Shown piece after piece: positions 63,255 to 64,000 of a stretch of 64,000 nucleotides of DNA (within the stretch, counting starts at the first letter, position 1; each line of letters starts with the position of its first letter). A program made the translations under genes and the position numbers. Source of the stretch: Epithemia pelagica (Eukaryota; Protista; Bacillariophyta). The stretch spans positions 2,108,001 to 2,172,000 of the forward strand of contig OX337233.1 in assembly GCA_946965045.2 (NCBI GenBank), read 5' to 3'. A model generated the notes under the pieces. That model was given only the letters and a program-made list of their open reading frames with translations, was not told where the DNA came from and made no database searches.

Positions 63255-64000
63255 GGAAGGAAAAGAACAGAGCTTGTATCTCTTGAATGGTTTGAGAAGA
63301 AGTTAATACAGATGGGCCGTCGTCGTGCATGTGTTCAACGTTGTTAGAGTGAATAGTTGGAGGAGATCCGTATGTCGCTCCAAACCCTTTGCCATGTCTA
63401 CGATTGAGCAGCCTTCCACCTAGCCCTAAACCCTAACCAATATCTACTGGTGGTAATTGGTGCTAAGGTATGGGGAAGGCCTCTAGCTAGAAGAGCAAAG
63501 GTTGGTAGAGTGTAGAGCGTACAAGAGCTTCTCGACATGTTTGACCATGAGACTGAGACGAAACTATGAGAGAACTTCCGCACTCATCCTATCCTTTGGT
63601 GGATGGTTCACCGCATACGGAAAGAGCGGCTATCCCGATGCCCCATGTCGCCTCTTACATGTCTCGAACGCACGCACCTACTACAGACAAGTATTCCAGA
63701 TGATTCAGCTTCTAGGTATGGAAGCCATTCGTCATTAATAGGAAAAGAGACCATGGTAGCTCTTGTTACCGACCAAAATCAAAAGCCCATTGAGAATCCA
63801 TGTTGAGGCATCCACCGGCAACAGTTGAACTTCTAGCAATCCATTGAAACAACCCCTGTCGGTGTGGGTCGAAGACGAAGCTTGTTGCACTGCGAATGTA
63901 TGATTGTGTAAATCACTCTGCTTTTAACGACCCGAATTCTTGTTTTCTTGGTTGGCATCATCATGCTTGTTTGACTTTGACCAGCGATTGTTCCAGTCGA

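Noticed and set aside
63422-63438. AGCCCTAAACCCTAACC as an interstitial telomere
   Set aside because: It has only two to three imperfect units and no associated structure.
63603-63806. RYGSHS and CPMSPL as a tyrosine-recombinase remnant
   Set aside because: The HxxR Arg is missing, the spacing is too short, and there are no other recombinase motifs.
1-64000. Prokaryotic operon, CRISPR array, rRNA or tRNA genes
   Set aside because: Spliceosomal introns and eukaryotic genes occur throughout. I saw no regularly spaced repeat-spacer array, rRNA or full tRNA cloverleaf.

Overview
Eukaryotic nuclear DNA, most likely from a pennate diatom. The evidence is short GT-AG introns of about 74-125 nt, bipartite plastid-targeting presequences, a DUF6824 protein and CoDi-type Ty1/copia elements; the species cannot be determined from the sequence. 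About 19 host genes are recognisable, including PPDK, SPT6, NAA25, IAH1, CacyBP, SDE2, a PAP-fibrillin, an NDUFA11/Tim17-like protein, and VWD, ankyrin and LRR proteins. There are two mobile-element blocks. The first (about 18.75-26.36 kb) holds a Ginger/KRBA2-type integrase fused to a 5'-truncated copia, plus an antisense ORF with one stop. The second is a full-length 6,254-bp copia (41078-47331, minus strand) with apparently identical 447-bp LTRs and a GCACG target-site duplication, inserted in a SET plus 2OG-Fe(II)-like pseudogene. The main leads are: (1) a four-exon nuclear protein combining two Tudor-like domains, an aGPT-Pplase1-type phage DNA-hypermodification domain and a PHD/ADD-like finger; (2) a set of unusual signals in the full-length copia, namely in-frame gag-pol separated by UGA-CAA-CCA plus a stem-loop, hydrophobic segments in the readthrough linker, a primer-binding site matching the D-arm of initiator tRNA-Met, and clustered internal PPT copies; (3) GW-repeat (Argonaute-hook-like) SPT6; (4) a Crinkler-type nuclease-kinase. 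All domain calls are motif recognition by eye; no database searches were run.
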